From positions 1 through 64,000 of the forward strand of contig CBDASK010000003.1 in assembly GCA_965199495.1 (NCBI GenBank): a stretch of DNA of 64,000 nucleotides, read 5' to 3'. Shown here in pieces: positions 49,956 to 60,501 of this stretch. Made by a program: the position numbers and the translations under genes. This DNA comes from Abditibacterium sp. (GTDB lineage Bacteria > Armatimonadota > Abditibacteriia > Abditibacteriales > Abditibacteriaceae). Numbering within the stretch: position 1 is the stretch's first letter; every line of letters starts with the position of its first letter. A model generated the notes under the pieces. That model did not search any database and was not told the DNA's origin. It was given only the letters and a program-made list of their open reading frames with translations.

Positions 49956-51527
49956 ATGAATAGAACGCCTTTTCTGGTTTGTGCCCTGCTCGTGTCTGGC
50001 TTCATCAGTACAATTGCCGATGCGCAAAATGCGACGATTATCCCAACGGCGCCCGATTTGACGCGACCGCTCACGCTCGAAGAAAGCATTCGCATCGCGC
50101 TCCAAAACAACGGGCAAACTGGCGCCGGAGCCTTGCAGGCGCAGAGCGCGCGCGAAGGCATTACTTCGGCGCGCGCGGCGGGTTTGCCACAAATCACGGG
50201 CAACATCGGCTACAATTATCTCAATCAGCGCACTTCGGTTTTCGTGCCCAATATCGGAACTGGAACCGGCGTTGGAACGGGCGGCGTCGGAACGGTGCCA
50301 ATTATTACGGGCACGAACGGCATTCAGGGCACCACCAACTCTTCGACGACGACGAACATTGCGGTTTCGCAAAACATCTTCGATGGCGGGCGCACGCGTC
50401 AACTGATTCGCAGCGCGCGCGCTTCGAGCCAGAGCGCTGTCGGAGCGTTTGGGCAAGCGCGCGGCGGTTTGGCGTTCACGGTCGCGCAGCGATTTTACGA
50501 ACAATTGCGCCAGCAAAAGTTAGTCGAGCAATTCAATGCGCAGGTGGATTTGGCCAAAGAACAAGTCGAGCAGGTGCGCGCACAAATTGAGGTCGGGACG
50601 GTGGCGCGCGTGGATATTTTGAGCGTGCAAGTCACTTTGCGCCAACGGCAATTCGATTTGGTGACCGCGCGTAATAATTTGGCCCAGGCGCGCGTGAATT
50701 TTCGCAATGCGTTGGCTTTGGAGAGTGGCCCCGCGCTGCAATTGGTCGAAGCGCCAAGCGTGACGCAGGTCGCCGGAGTGCCCGCCAAACCGCAGCCACT
50801 GGACGCCAGCGATTTGCAGCCCGGCATCGCGGTGCCGCCTTTAGCCGAATTGCCGACGACCGATTTGCTCAGCGCCGCGCCGCCCGATGTGCCTCAACTC
50901 GAACCGCTTGAAACCTACCAAGCGCAAGCGCGCGCGTTGCGGCCCGATTTGGTGCAGAGCCGCGCCGCCGTCACGCAGGGCGAAGCGAGTCTGGCGCTGG
51001 CCAACATCGCAAAGCGTCCGCAAGTCGCGGCGAGCGCGGGCTTCAACATTGACCCGCGATCGAGCGACGAACGGCGTTTTCAGTTGGGCGCCGGTTTATC
51101 CCTTCCGATTTTCGATGGCGGCGCCTTGAGCGCCAACAAACGCGCGGCGCAGGATCAACTCGCGGCCAGCAAAATCACGCTCGCCCAACGCGAAAAAGAC
51201 GCCGATGCCGATGTCCAGGCGAGCTATCTCGACATCGCCGGACAAGTCGAGCGTATCGCCAACGCGCGCGTTCTGGTCGAGCAGGCGCAACTCAATTTGC
51301 AGACCGCGACCGAGCGTTATCGTCTGGGACTTGGCATCGTGCTGGACGTGACCAACGCGCAAACGCAACTTTTCAGCGCGCAGGTTAGCGCGACGCAGGC
51401 GGTCTACGATTACGAAATCGCGCGCGCCATGTTGGATCAGGCCGTCGGACGCTTCGCGTGGGCCGATCCGGGTATAGCGCCGCCCGCCGTGGCTCCTGTC
51501 GAGGTGCCGGTTGAGTTGCAGCGGTGA
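49956..51527 (+). CDS. TolC-family outer-membrane efflux protein
   Basis: Signal peptide, LTLEESIRIALQNN, IFDGG twice, RPDL, ERYRLG. Confidence 0.9.
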   Translation: MNRTPFLVCALLVSGFISTIADAQNATIIPTAPDLTRPLTLEESIRIALQNNGQTGAGALQAQSAREGITSARAAGLPQITGNIGYNYLNQRTSVFVPNIGTGTGVGTGGVGTVPIITGTNGIQGTTNSSTTTNIAVSQNIFDGGRTRQLIRSARASSQSAVGAFGQARGGLAFTVAQRFYEQLRQQKLVEQFNAQVDLAKEQVEQVRAQIEVGTVARVDILSVQVTLRQRQFDLVTARNNLAQARVNFRNALALESGPALQLVEAPSVTQVAGVPAKPQPLDASDLQPGIAVPPLAELPTTDLLSAAPPDVPQLEPLETYQAQARALRPDLVQSRAAVTQGEASLALANIAKRPQVAASAGFNIDPRSSDERRFQLGAGLSLPIFDGGALSANKRAAQDQLAASKITLAQREKDADADVQASYLDIAGQVERIANARVLVEQAQLNLQTATERYRLGLGIVLDVTNAQTQLFSAQVSATQAVYDYEIARAMLDQAVGRFAWADPGIAPPAVAPVEVPVELQR

Positions 51528-51559
51528 TAGACAATAAAATTCCGCAATCGCTTATGGCG

Positions 51560-51720
51560 TTTTGTTGTCATTCCGAGAGTAAGGAGCTTGCGACTGGAAC
51601 CGAGGAATCTTACGCCTTCGCGGCAGCGAAAGTGAAAGAGGTTTAGAGTTCCGCTGGCGCGGGGCCGATAGATTCCTCGGTTCCAGTCGCAAGCTCCTTA
51701 CTCTCGGAATGACAACAAAA
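51560..51720. repeat. Family C palindrome
   Basis: About 50-bp perfect arms starting TTTTGTTGTCATTCCGAG; shared inner CGCGGCAGCG...CCGCTGGCGCGGGGCCG. Confidence 0.9.
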
Positions 51721-51778
51721 CTCCGCAACGCGTCTTCAATAAGCGAAAGCAGCCGAATTTGTGTGAATTAAATCATCA

Positions 51779-53950
51779 ATGAAACTTCCTTCACTCCGCC
51801 GCAAAACCGCGAGCGAAACGCCCGTCGCCAAACCGATACGGCGTCAATCCAAAGCGAAACGACGCTGGCTCATCTTCGGCGGACTGTTTTTGGCGCTCAT
51901 CGGCTGGTCGGTTTATCGCGCGCGCACGCGGCCCAAACCGCACGCCACAGTTGAAATCGCGAAAGTGAAAACGACGGCGGTGCGCGAACTGGTTTCGGCG
52001 ACCGGCACGATTCAACCGTTTACAACAGTGGACGTAAAAAGCAAGGCGGGCGGCAAAGTTTTGGAAATGGCGGTCGAAGAAGGCTCGCGCGTGAGGCAAG
52101 GCCAACTGATTTGCGTGATTGACCGGCAGGACACCACGACCGAATTGCGTCAGGCCGAGGCCGATTTGGACGCGGCCAAGTCGGCGTTGCGGCAAGCGCA
52201 AGAGAGCGTGCGATTACAAAAAGCCAGCATCGGGCCGCAAATCGGGCAGTCGGCGGCGGGCGTGAGTTCGGCGCAGGCGCGACTGCAACAGGCGCGCGAA
52301 ACGTTGGCGACCGAAACGCGCGCCAATCCCGCGCAAATCGCCCAAAGCGCGGCGCAGGTCAAGGCCGCGCGCGCCAATTTGGAACAGGCGCGATTGTCGC
52401 TCGAACTGCAAAAGAAAACCTCGGCGGCGGCGATTAACGAAGCCGGGAGCGGCGTCAAAGCGGCGCAGGCGCGCCTCGACCAATCCACAGCCACGGCGAC
52501 CAATCAGCCTCAATTATCGCAGTCGAATATCAACGGCGCACAGGCCGCCGCCGACGCCGCGCGCGAAAGCGTCAACTCGGCGCAGGAAGCGTTGACGCTC
52601 TTGCAAAACGCCACGCAACCGCAGGAAACCGCCGCCACCCAAGCGCAGGTCAACGAAGCGCAATCGGCCCTCGCGACCGCGCAAACCAGCCTATCGCGAC
52701 AAGAAGCTCTGCTCGCCAAAGGCTACGTCGCGCAAAACACGGTGGACGATGCGCGTAACGCCGTCGTGTCGGCGCGCTCGACTTTGCAGACGGCGCAAGC
52801 GCGTTTGGACACGCTGCAAGCCGCGCAAGACGCGGCGCTGGGCGATAATCGCGCGCGTTTGGCACAGGCGAAAAGTTCGCTGGCACAGTCGCAGGCGGCG
52901 CTGCAAAGCGCGCGCTTGAACGCGGTGCAAAACACCATCACGGGCAAAGACGTGGTTTCGTCGCGCGCGGCGCTGGAACAGGCGCAATCGGCGTTGGCGA
53001 CGGCGCGCGCCAACCAACGGCAAATCCAGGTGCGCCAGTCGGAAGTCGTGGCCTCGCAAGCCGCGTTGCAACAAGCGCAATCGGCGCTGACCGCGACAAC
53101 GGCCAATGGGCGCAACGTCAACGTGCGCGCCGCCGATGTCGAAGCCGCGCGCGCCGCTCTGGCACAGGCCGACGCAACGCTGGCCGGTTCGCGCGCGGGC
53201 CAGATTACGACAAGCGTGCGCGAAGAAGATGTCAATCAGGCGCGCGCGCGATTGGTGCGCGCGCAAACCACGGTGAACAACGCGCGCGATAATCTGGCGC
53301 AAACGCGCGTCACGGCGCCACGCGACGGCGTGATTTTGCAGAAATATGTGGATGTCGGCAGCATCATTCAGTCGGGCCAATTGGGCGCGCAGGGCGGCAC
53401 GTCTATCGTGCAATTGGCCAACGTTTCACGTTTGTATGTGGACGTGAAAGTGGACGAAGCCGACATCGCCAAAGTCAGCACGGGCCAGAAAGTCGAGGTC
53501 ACGCTCGACGCCTATCCCGATGCGACGCGGCGGGGCACGGTACGCAAAATTTATCCGCTCGCCGTCACCGAAGCCAACGTGACCTATGTGCGCGTGCAGG
53601 TCGAAATTGACCCGGCGCAGGTGAGCGCCAAATTGCGTCCAAGCATGAACGCGACCTGCGATTTCGTGGTCGCTGACGAGAAAGGAGTGTTGTCCGTACC
53701 GCCCGAAGCCGTGCGCGACAAAGGCGAAGATTCGGTCGTGACCGTGATCAAAGACACCGCCAAACCCGCGTGGGACAAGAGCAATCAAGTCGAGCGCAAG
53801 GTGAAAGTCGGCGTGCGCGGCGACGAGCGCACGCAGATATTATCGGGCCTCAAAGCGGGCGAAACCGTCGTGACGAAAGTAACGGAACCATCGAGCGGTC
53901 GGCCATCGGCGTTTGGTGGCGGCGATGGGGACGGCGCGGATGGAGAGTAG
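51779..53950 (+). CDS. Efflux periplasmic adaptor (MacA/HlyD-like) with very long coiled coil
   Basis: N-terminal TM, ATGTIQP..VDVKS, APRDGVI, VDEADIAKV..GQ, LRPSM, GLKAGETVV. Confidence 0.9.
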   Translation: MKLPSLRRKTASETPVAKPIRRQSKAKRRWLIFGGLFLALIGWSVYRARTRPKPHATVEIAKVKTTAVRELVSATGTIQPFTTVDVKSKAGGKVLEMAVEEGSRVRQGQLICVIDRQDTTTELRQAEADLDAAKSALRQAQESVRLQKASIGPQIGQSAAGVSSAQARLQQARETLATETRANPAQIAQSAAQVKAARANLEQARLSLELQKKTSAAAINEAGSGVKAAQARLDQSTATATNQPQLSQSNINGAQAAADAARESVNSAQEALTLLQNATQPQETAATQAQVNEAQSALATAQTSLSRQEALLAKGYVAQNTVDDARNAVVSARSTLQTAQARLDTLQAAQDAALGDNRARLAQAKSSLAQSQAALQSARLNAVQNTITGKDVVSSRAALEQAQSALATARANQRQIQVRQSEVVASQAALQQAQSALTATTANGRNVNVRAADVEAARAALAQADATLAGSRAGQITTSVREEDVNQARARLVRAQTTVNNARDNLAQTRVTAPRDGVILQKYVDVGSIIQSGQLGAQGGTSIVQLANVSRLYVDVKVDEADIAKVSTGQKVEVTLDAYPDATRRGTVRKIYPLAVTEANVTYVRVQVEIDPAQVSAKLRPSMNATCDFVVADEKGVLSVPPEAVRDKGEDSVVTVIKDTAKPAWDKSNQVERKVKVGVRGDERTQILSGLKAGETVVTKVTEPSSGRPSAFGGGDGDGADGE

Positions 53951-53973
53951 AAGTTTTCCGTTTCCCCTTGTTC

Positions 53974-54143
53974 CGTTCCGTAGGTTTCACCTACGGCAGA
54001 GGGCGATTGAGCCGGACGTGCTTCGCACTTGAGAACTCGGAATATTCTCAAGAAATCAATTTTTACGAAAATATTAGTCCCATTGAGTGCGAAGCACGCC
54101 CAGCGCTACCGCCCTCTGCCGTAGGTGAAACCTACGGAGAACG
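53974..54143. repeat. GTAG-type REP doublet (family D)
   Basis: CCGTAGGTTTCACCTACGGCAGAGGGCG ... CGCCCTCTGCCGTAGGTGAAACCTACGG. Confidence 0.88.
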
Positions 54144-54146
54144 CCT

Positions 54147-54938
54147 ATGAAAACTCAAAATCCCATTATCCAAGTCGCCGATTTGCACAAAGAATACGTC
54201 ATGGGCGAACAACGCGTTCACGCGTTGCGCGGCGTGAATTTGAGCATCAATCGCGGCGAGTTCGTCGCGATTATGGGGCCGTCGGGCTGCGGCAAAAGCA
54301 CGTTTATGAATCTCATCGGCTGTCTGGATCGGCCTTCGCTTGGTTCGTATCAAATAGCTGCGCGCGAAGTCGCCAACCTGACCGACGACGAATTGGCGCG
54401 CGTGCGTAATCGCGAAATCGGGTTTGTGTTCCAAAATTTCAACCTGCTGGCGCGCACGAGCGCATTGCATAACGTCGAGTTGCCGCTACTCTATGCCGGA
54501 ACCGACGCGCGTGACCGGCGCCAGCGCGCGACGGCTTCGATGGAAGCGGTCGGTCTGGGCGACCGTCTGGATCATCAGCCCAACGAACTTTCGGGCGGGC
54601 AGCAACAGCGCGTGGCAATCGCGCGCGCTTTGGTCAACGATCCGGCGATTTTGCTGGCCGACGAGCCGACGGGCGCGTTGGCTTCGCGGCAGGGCGAAGA
54701 AATTATGACGATATTTCAGCGCCTCAACGACGAGGGCCGCACCGTCGTGATGGTGACGCACGAACCCGAAATTGCGCGTCACGCGCGCCGCATCGTGCGC
54801 TTTCACGATGGCCGCGTCGTGGGCGATGAAGCCGTCGCCCACCGTTTGGACGCCGCGCAATTATTAGCCGCGATGCCGCCCGAAGACGACTTCAACGAAG
54901 GCGCCGCCGAAGCGGTTTTGGCGGGGGCAAACCCATGA
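54147..54938 (+). CDS. ABC transporter ATP-binding protein (MacB/LolD type)
   Basis: [28 protein letters not shown]. Confidence 0.95.
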   Translation: MKTQNPIIQVADLHKEYVMGEQRVHALRGVNLSINRGEFVAIMGPSGCGKSTFMNLIGCLDRPSLGSYQIAAREVANLTDDELARVRNREIGFVFQNFNLLARTSALHNVELPLLYAGTDARDRRQRATASMEAVGLGDRLDHQPNELSGGQQQRVAIARALVNDPAILLADEPTGALASRQGEEIMTIFQRLNDEGRTVVMVTHEPEIARHARRIVRFHDGRVVGDEAVAHRLDAAQLLAAMPPEDDFNEGAAEAVLAGANP

Positions 54939-56146
54939 ACATCACCGAAAACATCTTGGTCGCGTTGCAGGGTTTGACCGCCAACAAACTGCGCTCGGCG
55001 CTAACGATGCTCGGCATCACAATCGGCGTGTTTTCGGTGATTTTGGGCACGGCGATTGGACAGGGCGCGCGCCAGGAACTGCTCAAGCGCGTCGAAACTT
55101 TGGGCAGCAACTCGATCATTATTTTCGCCGATCCCAGTCGCGGCGGAACCGAAAAGAACAGCAACAAATTCGACCCGCTTACGGTTGAAAACGCCGATTA
55201 CATTCTGGCTCACAGCCCTCTCGTCACGCGCATTGCGCCCCAGGTGCAGCGCAACGCGCAGGTCAAATTTCGCAACAAAACCGCGCAAACCAACATCATT
55301 TGCACCACGCCCGATTACGCGCAAATCTCGAATTATCAACTCGAAGCGGGCCAATTTTTCTCGGATCGCGACGTGCGCGGGCGCCGCAAAGTCTGCGTCG
55401 TGGGCAAAACCGTGGCGACCAAACTGTTTGGCGACGGCACGCCAATCGGCAAACCCATGCGCATCGCGCAGGTCAATTGCAAGATCGTCGGCATCCTCCA
55501 ATCCAAAGGTTCCTCGCTGTTTGGCGATCCCGACGATCAAATTTTGATTCCCCTCACGACCGGCATGAATCAAGTTTTCGGCGTGAAGGACATCAGCACG
55601 ATTTCGGCGCAGGCCGCCAATTCGGCGGATTCGCCGCGCGCCGTCGAGCAGATCAAAGCGGCGTTGCGCAAAAGTCGGAAAATCAAGCCAAAAGAGAAGA
55701 ATGATTTCGACGTGCGCTCGCAACAGGAATTGATGAGTTTCGGCGACAAAGCCACGCAAATTCTGACGTTTCTGCTTTCCGGCATCGCCGGCGTGGCTCT
55801 CCTTGTCGGCGGCATCGGCATTATGAACATTATGTTGGTTAGCGTGACCGAACGCACGCGCGAAATCGGCATCCGCAAAGCGATGGGCGCGCGCAATTTC
55901 AATATTCTGTTCCAATTTCTCATCGAAGCCCTCACGCTCAGCGTCACGGGCGGCCTCATCGGAATCGCGGGCGGCTACGTCGTCTCGGCGCTACTCACGA
56001 CTTACACGCCAGTTCCAGCCGTCGTTTCGCCCTTATGGGTTTCAATCGCGTTTTTCGTCTCGGCGAGCATCGGCATCTTCTTCGGAATTTATCCGGCCTA
56101 TAAAGCCGCCCAACTCGACCCAATTGAGGCGCTGCGTTTTCAGTAA
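54935..56146 (+). CDS. ABC transporter permease (MacB/FtsX type)
   Basis: [47 protein letters not shown]. Confidence 0.95.
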   Translation: MNITENILVALQGLTANKLRSALTMLGITIGVFSVILGTAIGQGARQELLKRVETLGSNSIIIFADPSRGGTEKNSNKFDPLTVENADYILAHSPLVTRIAPQVQRNAQVKFRNKTAQTNIICTTPDYAQISNYQLEAGQFFSDRDVRGRRKVCVVGKTVATKLFGDGTPIGKPMRIAQVNCKIVGILQSKGSSLFGDPDDQILIPLTTGMNQVFGVKDISTISAQAANSADSPRAVEQIKAALRKSRKIKPKEKNDFDVRSQQELMSFGDKATQILTFLLSGIAGVALLVGGIGIMNIMLVSVTERTREIGIRKAMGARNFNILFQFLIEALTLSVTGGLIGIAGGYVVSALLTTYTPVPAVVSPLWVSIAFFVSASIGIFFGIYPAYKAAQLDPIEALRFQ

Positions 56147-56167
56147 AACTGTTTACAGACGAAATTT

Positions 56168-57007
56168 ATGTTCGATTCTCCCACGCCCCTCCTCTACGAA
56201 AGCCACTGCCACACGCCGCTGTGCGGTCACGCCGTTGGCGAACCCGAAGCCTACGCGCAGGCCGCGCTCGATAGCAATTTCGCGGGCATCAACATGACGT
56301 GTCACGGCCCGACGCCGCGCGAATGGGGGCATTGCATGAAAAGCTACCAATGGCCGGATTATCTCGCGATTTGCGAGCGCGCCCGCGCCCAGTTCGCCGG
56401 GCGCCTGGACGTAAAAACCGGCGTCGAATGCGATTTTTTGCCGTCGCTGACGCAGTATTGGCGCGAGTGGTTGCCGCGCTACGAACTCTCGCACGTTTTA
56501 GGTTCGGTTCATCCGCAGGTTGACGAATATCGGCGCCAATATTGGAACGGCGACGCGTTTGATTATCAGAAAAAGTATTTCGACTTGTTGGCTCAGGCCG
56601 CGCAAACCGGGCTGTTCGATACCCTATCGCATCCCGATCTGGTAAAAAACACCGTCGCCGACGATTGGCAAATCGAGCGAATCATGCCGTATATCGAAAA
56701 GGCGTTGGACAAAATAGCAGCCACTGGCACGGCGATGGAGTTGAATACGTCGGGTTTGAACAAGAAAATCCGGCAGATGAACCCGGCGCCCGAAATCTTG
56801 CGCGCCATGAAAGCGCGCGGCATTCGCGTGGCCATCGGCGCCGATGCCCATGTGCCCGAACGCGTCGGCGCCGATTTCGACGACGCGCTCGATTTGCTCA
56901 GTGAATGCGGCTACGACGAAATCTCGTTTTTCGTGGACAGAAAACGCCGCGACGTTTCGATTGAGGCGGCCAAAGCCAGCCTAAAAAAGCCCCAAAGCGT
57001 AGCGTAA
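56168..57007 (+). CDS. PHP-family histidinol-phosphatase (HisJ-like)
   Basis: HCHTPLCGHA, GSVH, HPDL, ELNTSG, GADAH. Confidence 0.85.
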   Translation: MFDSPTPLLYESHCHTPLCGHAVGEPEAYAQAALDSNFAGINMTCHGPTPREWGHCMKSYQWPDYLAICERARAQFAGRLDVKTGVECDFLPSLTQYWREWLPRYELSHVLGSVHPQVDEYRRQYWNGDAFDYQKKYFDLLAQAAQTGLFDTLSHPDLVKNTVADDWQIERIMPYIEKALDKIAATGTAMELNTSGLNKKIRQMNPAPEILRAMKARGIRVAIGADAHVPERVGADFDDALDLLSECGYDEISFFVDRKRRDVSIEAAKASLKKPQSVA

Positions 57008-57060
57008 GTTTTTTATAAATCGAGCGAATTTATTCGCTCGATGCGAAATAATGCTCGCAA

Positions 57061-57104
57061 AAACAAAGAACCCCGTCGCAATATTGCGACGGGCTTCTTT
57101 GTTT
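57061..57104. terminator. Bidirectional terminator
   Basis: AAACAAAGAACCCCGTCGCAATATTGCGACGGGCTTCTTTGTTT. Confidence 0.75.
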
Positions 57105-57119
57105 CCATCAAACCAATTT

Positions 57120-57410
57120 TCACAGCAAGCCATTCTCTTTGGCGACGCGCACGATGTCGTCGAGGTAGCGCGTGAACAAATAGACCACGCAACCAAGGAC
57201 GCCGCCGATGGCGCCGACGACAAACCACATCAAAGAACCGCTCTGCCCGGTGATGATGTCGGCGATCCACAGATAAGGCAAGCCGACCAGACAGGCGCCG
57301 CCGCCCGCCACAGTCATCAAGATCACGATATTAGAATCGTTCAATTTCAACATCCGGCCAACCACGTAACCCACAAACATGGAGGCGATGCCCGCGTAAG
57401 TCATTTCCAT
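57120..57410 (-). CDS. Small hypothetical membrane protein
   Basis: Three hydrophobic segments; RBS-like GAAAGG upstream. Confidence 0.6.
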   Translation of the reverse strand: MEMTYAGIASMFVGYVVGRMLKLNDSNIVILMTVAGGGACLVGLPYLWIADIITGQSGSLMWFVVGAIGGVLGCVVYLFTRYLDDIVRVAKENGLL

Positions 57411-57623
57411 AGCGCCTTTCAGGATAAAACATTTGAACGCGCGCGCAAAGAGGGCGCGCGTAATTTCTGCCCCGCGAAATCGCGATTTTTTGTCAGAGTT
57501 TGCCGCCAGAACAAGTTCATTTCGGCAAATCTAATGCAATGACCTGACGCCAATAATCGCAAAACGCGTTCTTGGGAGAGATCGGTGGACAAATTCACTG
57601 GTTTGCGATGTTTTCTTTAACCG

Positions 57624-58610
57624 ATGCACGTCAAATTCTGGGGAGTTCGCGGCTCCATTCCGCGCCCGGCCAACAGCGAAGAACTCGCGTCGCGGTTGGT
57701 CGAATCGCTTTATCGGCTGGGCCAACAATCCGATTATCTGGATTTGACCGACCGCAACGCGATTCGCGATTGGGTCGCGCAGTTGCCGCCAGCCATTAAC
57801 GCGTTCGCTGGCGGCAATACTCCGTGCGTCGAAGTGCGTTGCGGCGATGAACTTCTCATCCTCGATTTGGGTTCGGGCATCCGCGCGCTGGGCGAATCTT
57901 TGATGCAACGCGAATTCGCGCGGGGCCAAGGCCGCGCGCATCTGTTTTTATCGCATTTTCACCACGATCATATTCAGGGTTGGCCGTTTTTTCGCCCGGC
58001 TTATATCGCCGGTAATCACTTCGATCTTTATACCAGCCACGGCGACGCGCGCGCGATTTTAGACCAACAACAGCAAGCGCCATTTTTTCCACCCGATTCC
58101 ATCGAAGAGATGAAGGCGCGGGTGAACTATCATCAACTCGGCCCACAATCGCAAACGATTGGCAAAGGGGACATAAAAATTTCCACCCTCGCGCTGGATC
58201 ATCCTTCGATTGCGCACGCGTTCCGCATTGAGTTCGGTGGCAAAACGTTGGTTTACGCTTCGGACGGCGCGTTCCCGGCGCCCGACAAAGGGCCTCACGA
58301 TCCGGCTCAGCCCTACATCGAGTTTTTTCAAAACGCCGATCTGGTCATTTTCGATTCGCAATTTTCGCTGTCCGAAAGCCTAACCAAACGTTCGTGGGGC
58401 CACAGTTCGGCGATTATCGGCGTCGAACTGGCCGCGCACGCGGGCGCCCAACGATTGGCTTTGTTTCACCACGATCCCAACGCCGCCGATGGATTTTTGG
58501 AACATCTCATGCGCGTGGGCCGCGAACACGCCGCCAATCCTCCAATTCCCGCCGCATCTGGCCCGGTCGAAGTTTTTCTGGCGCGCGAAGGCGCCGAAAT
58601 CGAATTGTAA
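57624..58610 (+). CDS. MBL-fold metallo-hydrolase (phosphodiesterase-like)
   Basis: FWGVRGSIP, GGNTPC, SHFHHDHIQG, WGHS, FHHDP. Confidence 0.9.
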   Translation: MHVKFWGVRGSIPRPANSEELASRLVESLYRLGQQSDYLDLTDRNAIRDWVAQLPPAINAFAGGNTPCVEVRCGDELLILDLGSGIRALGESLMQREFARGQGRAHLFLSHFHHDHIQGWPFFRPAYIAGNHFDLYTSHGDARAILDQQQQAPFFPPDSIEEMKARVNYHQLGPQSQTIGKGDIKISTLALDHPSIAHAFRIEFGGKTLVYASDGAFPAPDKGPHDPAQPYIEFFQNADLVIFDSQFSLSESLTKRSWGHSSAIIGVELAAHAGAQRLALFHHDPNAADGFLEHLMRVGREHAANPPIPAASGPVEVFLAREGAEIEL

Positions 58611-58638
58611 AACAACTGAAAGTGGCTCTTACTCGCCG

Positions 58639-59925
58639 TCATGCGCTGACCGACGGCGAAGTTTCTACCGACGTTTGTGGCGACCAATTCAGCTTTTGCT
58701 CGGTATATTCGCGCGGCGACATCAGCGGCAATTGCAAGCACTCGCTGTTCATCGGCAACACATCGCGCCACTGCGAAATCAGCTTTTTGTAGGCTAAACC
58801 GACGGGACGAATATTGCGCTCCAAATCATAAAGTCCCAGCGGATTGATGTGGCCGTTTGGCTCGCGCAGCGCCGTGTCCCAGTCCACCTGATCGGTCAGC
58901 GAATACCACGTAAAACCGAGCATCGGGATGCCGTCGTTGCGCACGAGCAACACGTTGGCCCACTCTTTCCAAAGCCATTGCACGGCCTCGTCGCCGCGCG
59001 CTTCTTGCCAGTGATTGGTTTCGGTGTGCATCACCGGCAGATGATAGCGCCGAAAATACTGCCGCGTGATTTCGCTATAGCCAAAAATCTCGCCCGCCGC
59101 GCGCGTGGCTCCATCGGACGAGACCAAATGTTCGTTGGTCACGTAATAATCGTTGCCCATCACGCACGATTTTTTGACTTTGTTTTCCAGAAAAAAATGA
59201 TACTGCTCGCGCGTCATGCCGTTGTCCAGCAAAAACTCATACATTTCCGAATCCACACGACGCCCGTAGTTCAAGTCGAGCGACAAAAAGCGGCGCGCGT
59301 TGAGAATTTCGGCGGGTTTAATCGCGGCGGGCGAGTCGGCGTGAAAGTATTCCGACGATTCGCTCTGAATAAAAATCGCGTCGGGGCGCACTTCCAAAAT
59401 AGCGCGCATCGCCAAAACGTTGGCTTTGACGATATTATTAAGCGCCGTCACAAAAGCGCGGTCGCTGGCGAGTTGTTCGTTCCACCAACCGTAGGCCGCC
59501 GAAAACGTCGCGCACACGAACATCTCGTTGACCGGCGTGTAAAGTTGCACCCAGGGAAAACGTTTGGCGAAATCGCGCGCGTAAGTCGCGAAGAGTTCGG
59601 GCAAATCGGGGTTTTGAAAATCGCCGACCCAATCGGGAATTCCGAAGTGACACAAATCAACAATCGGCACGATGTCGCGCTTTTTCAAATCGTTAAACGT
59701 TTCGTCAGCGAAATCCCAATTGTAGCCACCATCATGCAGCCACGTCGTGTGGATTGGCGGGCCGTAGCGTAGAAATTGGATTCCCAATTCTTGCACCAAA
59801 TCGAAATCGGTGCGCCAATGCGTATAATGGCCGCATTTTTCCATTTCGTCCACGCGCAATTTGCCATTACGTATCGTCGGATTGGAATTTTCGATGCCGG
59901 TCGCAAACATGAAATTTGAGTTCAT
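58639..59925 (-). CDS. Glycoside hydrolase family 1-like (beta-glucosidase)
   Basis: FMFATGIE, DLCHFG, TPVNE (acid/base), HTET (nucleophile), GFTWYSLTDQVDW. Confidence 0.85.
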   Translation of the reverse strand: MNSNFMFATGIENSNPTIRNGKLRVDEMEKCGHYTHWRTDFDLVQELGIQFLRYGPPIHTTWLHDGGYNWDFADETFNDLKKRDIVPIVDLCHFGIPDWVGDFQNPDLPELFATYARDFAKRFPWVQLYTPVNEMFVCATFSAAYGWWNEQLASDRAFVTALNNIVKANVLAMRAILEVRPDAIFIQSESSEYFHADSPAAIKPAEILNARRFLSLDLNYGRRVDSEMYEFLLDNGMTREQYHFFLENKVKKSCVMGNDYYVTNEHLVSSDGATRAAGEIFGYSEITRQYFRRYHLPVMHTETNHWQEARGDEAVQWLWKEWANVLLVRNDGIPMLGFTWYSLTDQVDWDTALREPNGHINPLGLYDLERNIRPVGLAYKKLISQWRDVLPMNSECLQLPLMSPREYTEQKLNWSPQTSVETSPSVSA

Positions 59926-60078
59926 TGGTAATTTGCGTGGAATGCAAGATGCGTGCGAAGTTTGCGCATTTTCTCTCAACCGCCATAAACCTATCCGACA
60001 TCTGAAATCCGCCATCCAATTATCCGACGCTGTTTTCACTCGTTTCAAAAAAAACTTTGAAAATTTGTCTAAAAGGGG

Positions 60079-60107
60079 TTGACACGCCCATAAAACTGCC
60101 ATAAAAT
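60079..60107 (+). promoter_or_regulatory. Near-consensus sigma70 promoter
   Basis: TTGACA (60079-60084)-17 bp-TAAAAT (60102-60107). Confidence 0.85.
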
Positions 60108-60114
60108 TTCCGGT

Positions 60115-60405
60115 GAATTGGTGAGTTGCGCGTTTCGGCAATTTCGCTTGGTGCGAAGCTCCGGTGTTCCGCCGGAGACGATTCTTACTTCCCCAACGCT
60201 GCGCTTGCAGCACGGGACGCCGCTGTGTTTTCACCCGGTCGCGGGTGCCCCGGCCCCCTGAGATTTAATTATTCGCACACGAGAGCTTACGTTCCGTGCT
60301 GTGCGACCAATTAAATCTCAGGGGGCCGGGGCACCCGCGACCGGGTTACAGTGACCGGCGCCCGTCAAAAGAGAGTTCATGCGAAAGGCGCAACTCGCCC
60401 AATTC
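60115..60405 (+). ncRNA. Putative structured ncRNA (about 290 nt), family unassigned
   Basis: Starts at the predicted TSS; 5' GAATTGGTGAGTTGCGC pairs with 3' GCGCAACTCGCCCAATTC; three short internal hairpins and one long hairpin. Confidence 0.6.
60233..60346. repeat. 38-bp perfect inverted repeat inside the putative ncRNA
   Basis: 60233-60270 is the exact reverse complement of 60309-60346. Confidence 0.92.
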
Positions 60406-60501
60406 TTCATCTTTCGATGGACATTTACAACTGCATAAACTGACAGCTTTCAACCGCGAGATATTTTTCCTCAACCCACTTTGCCGCGCCTGGAGCCACT
60501 C

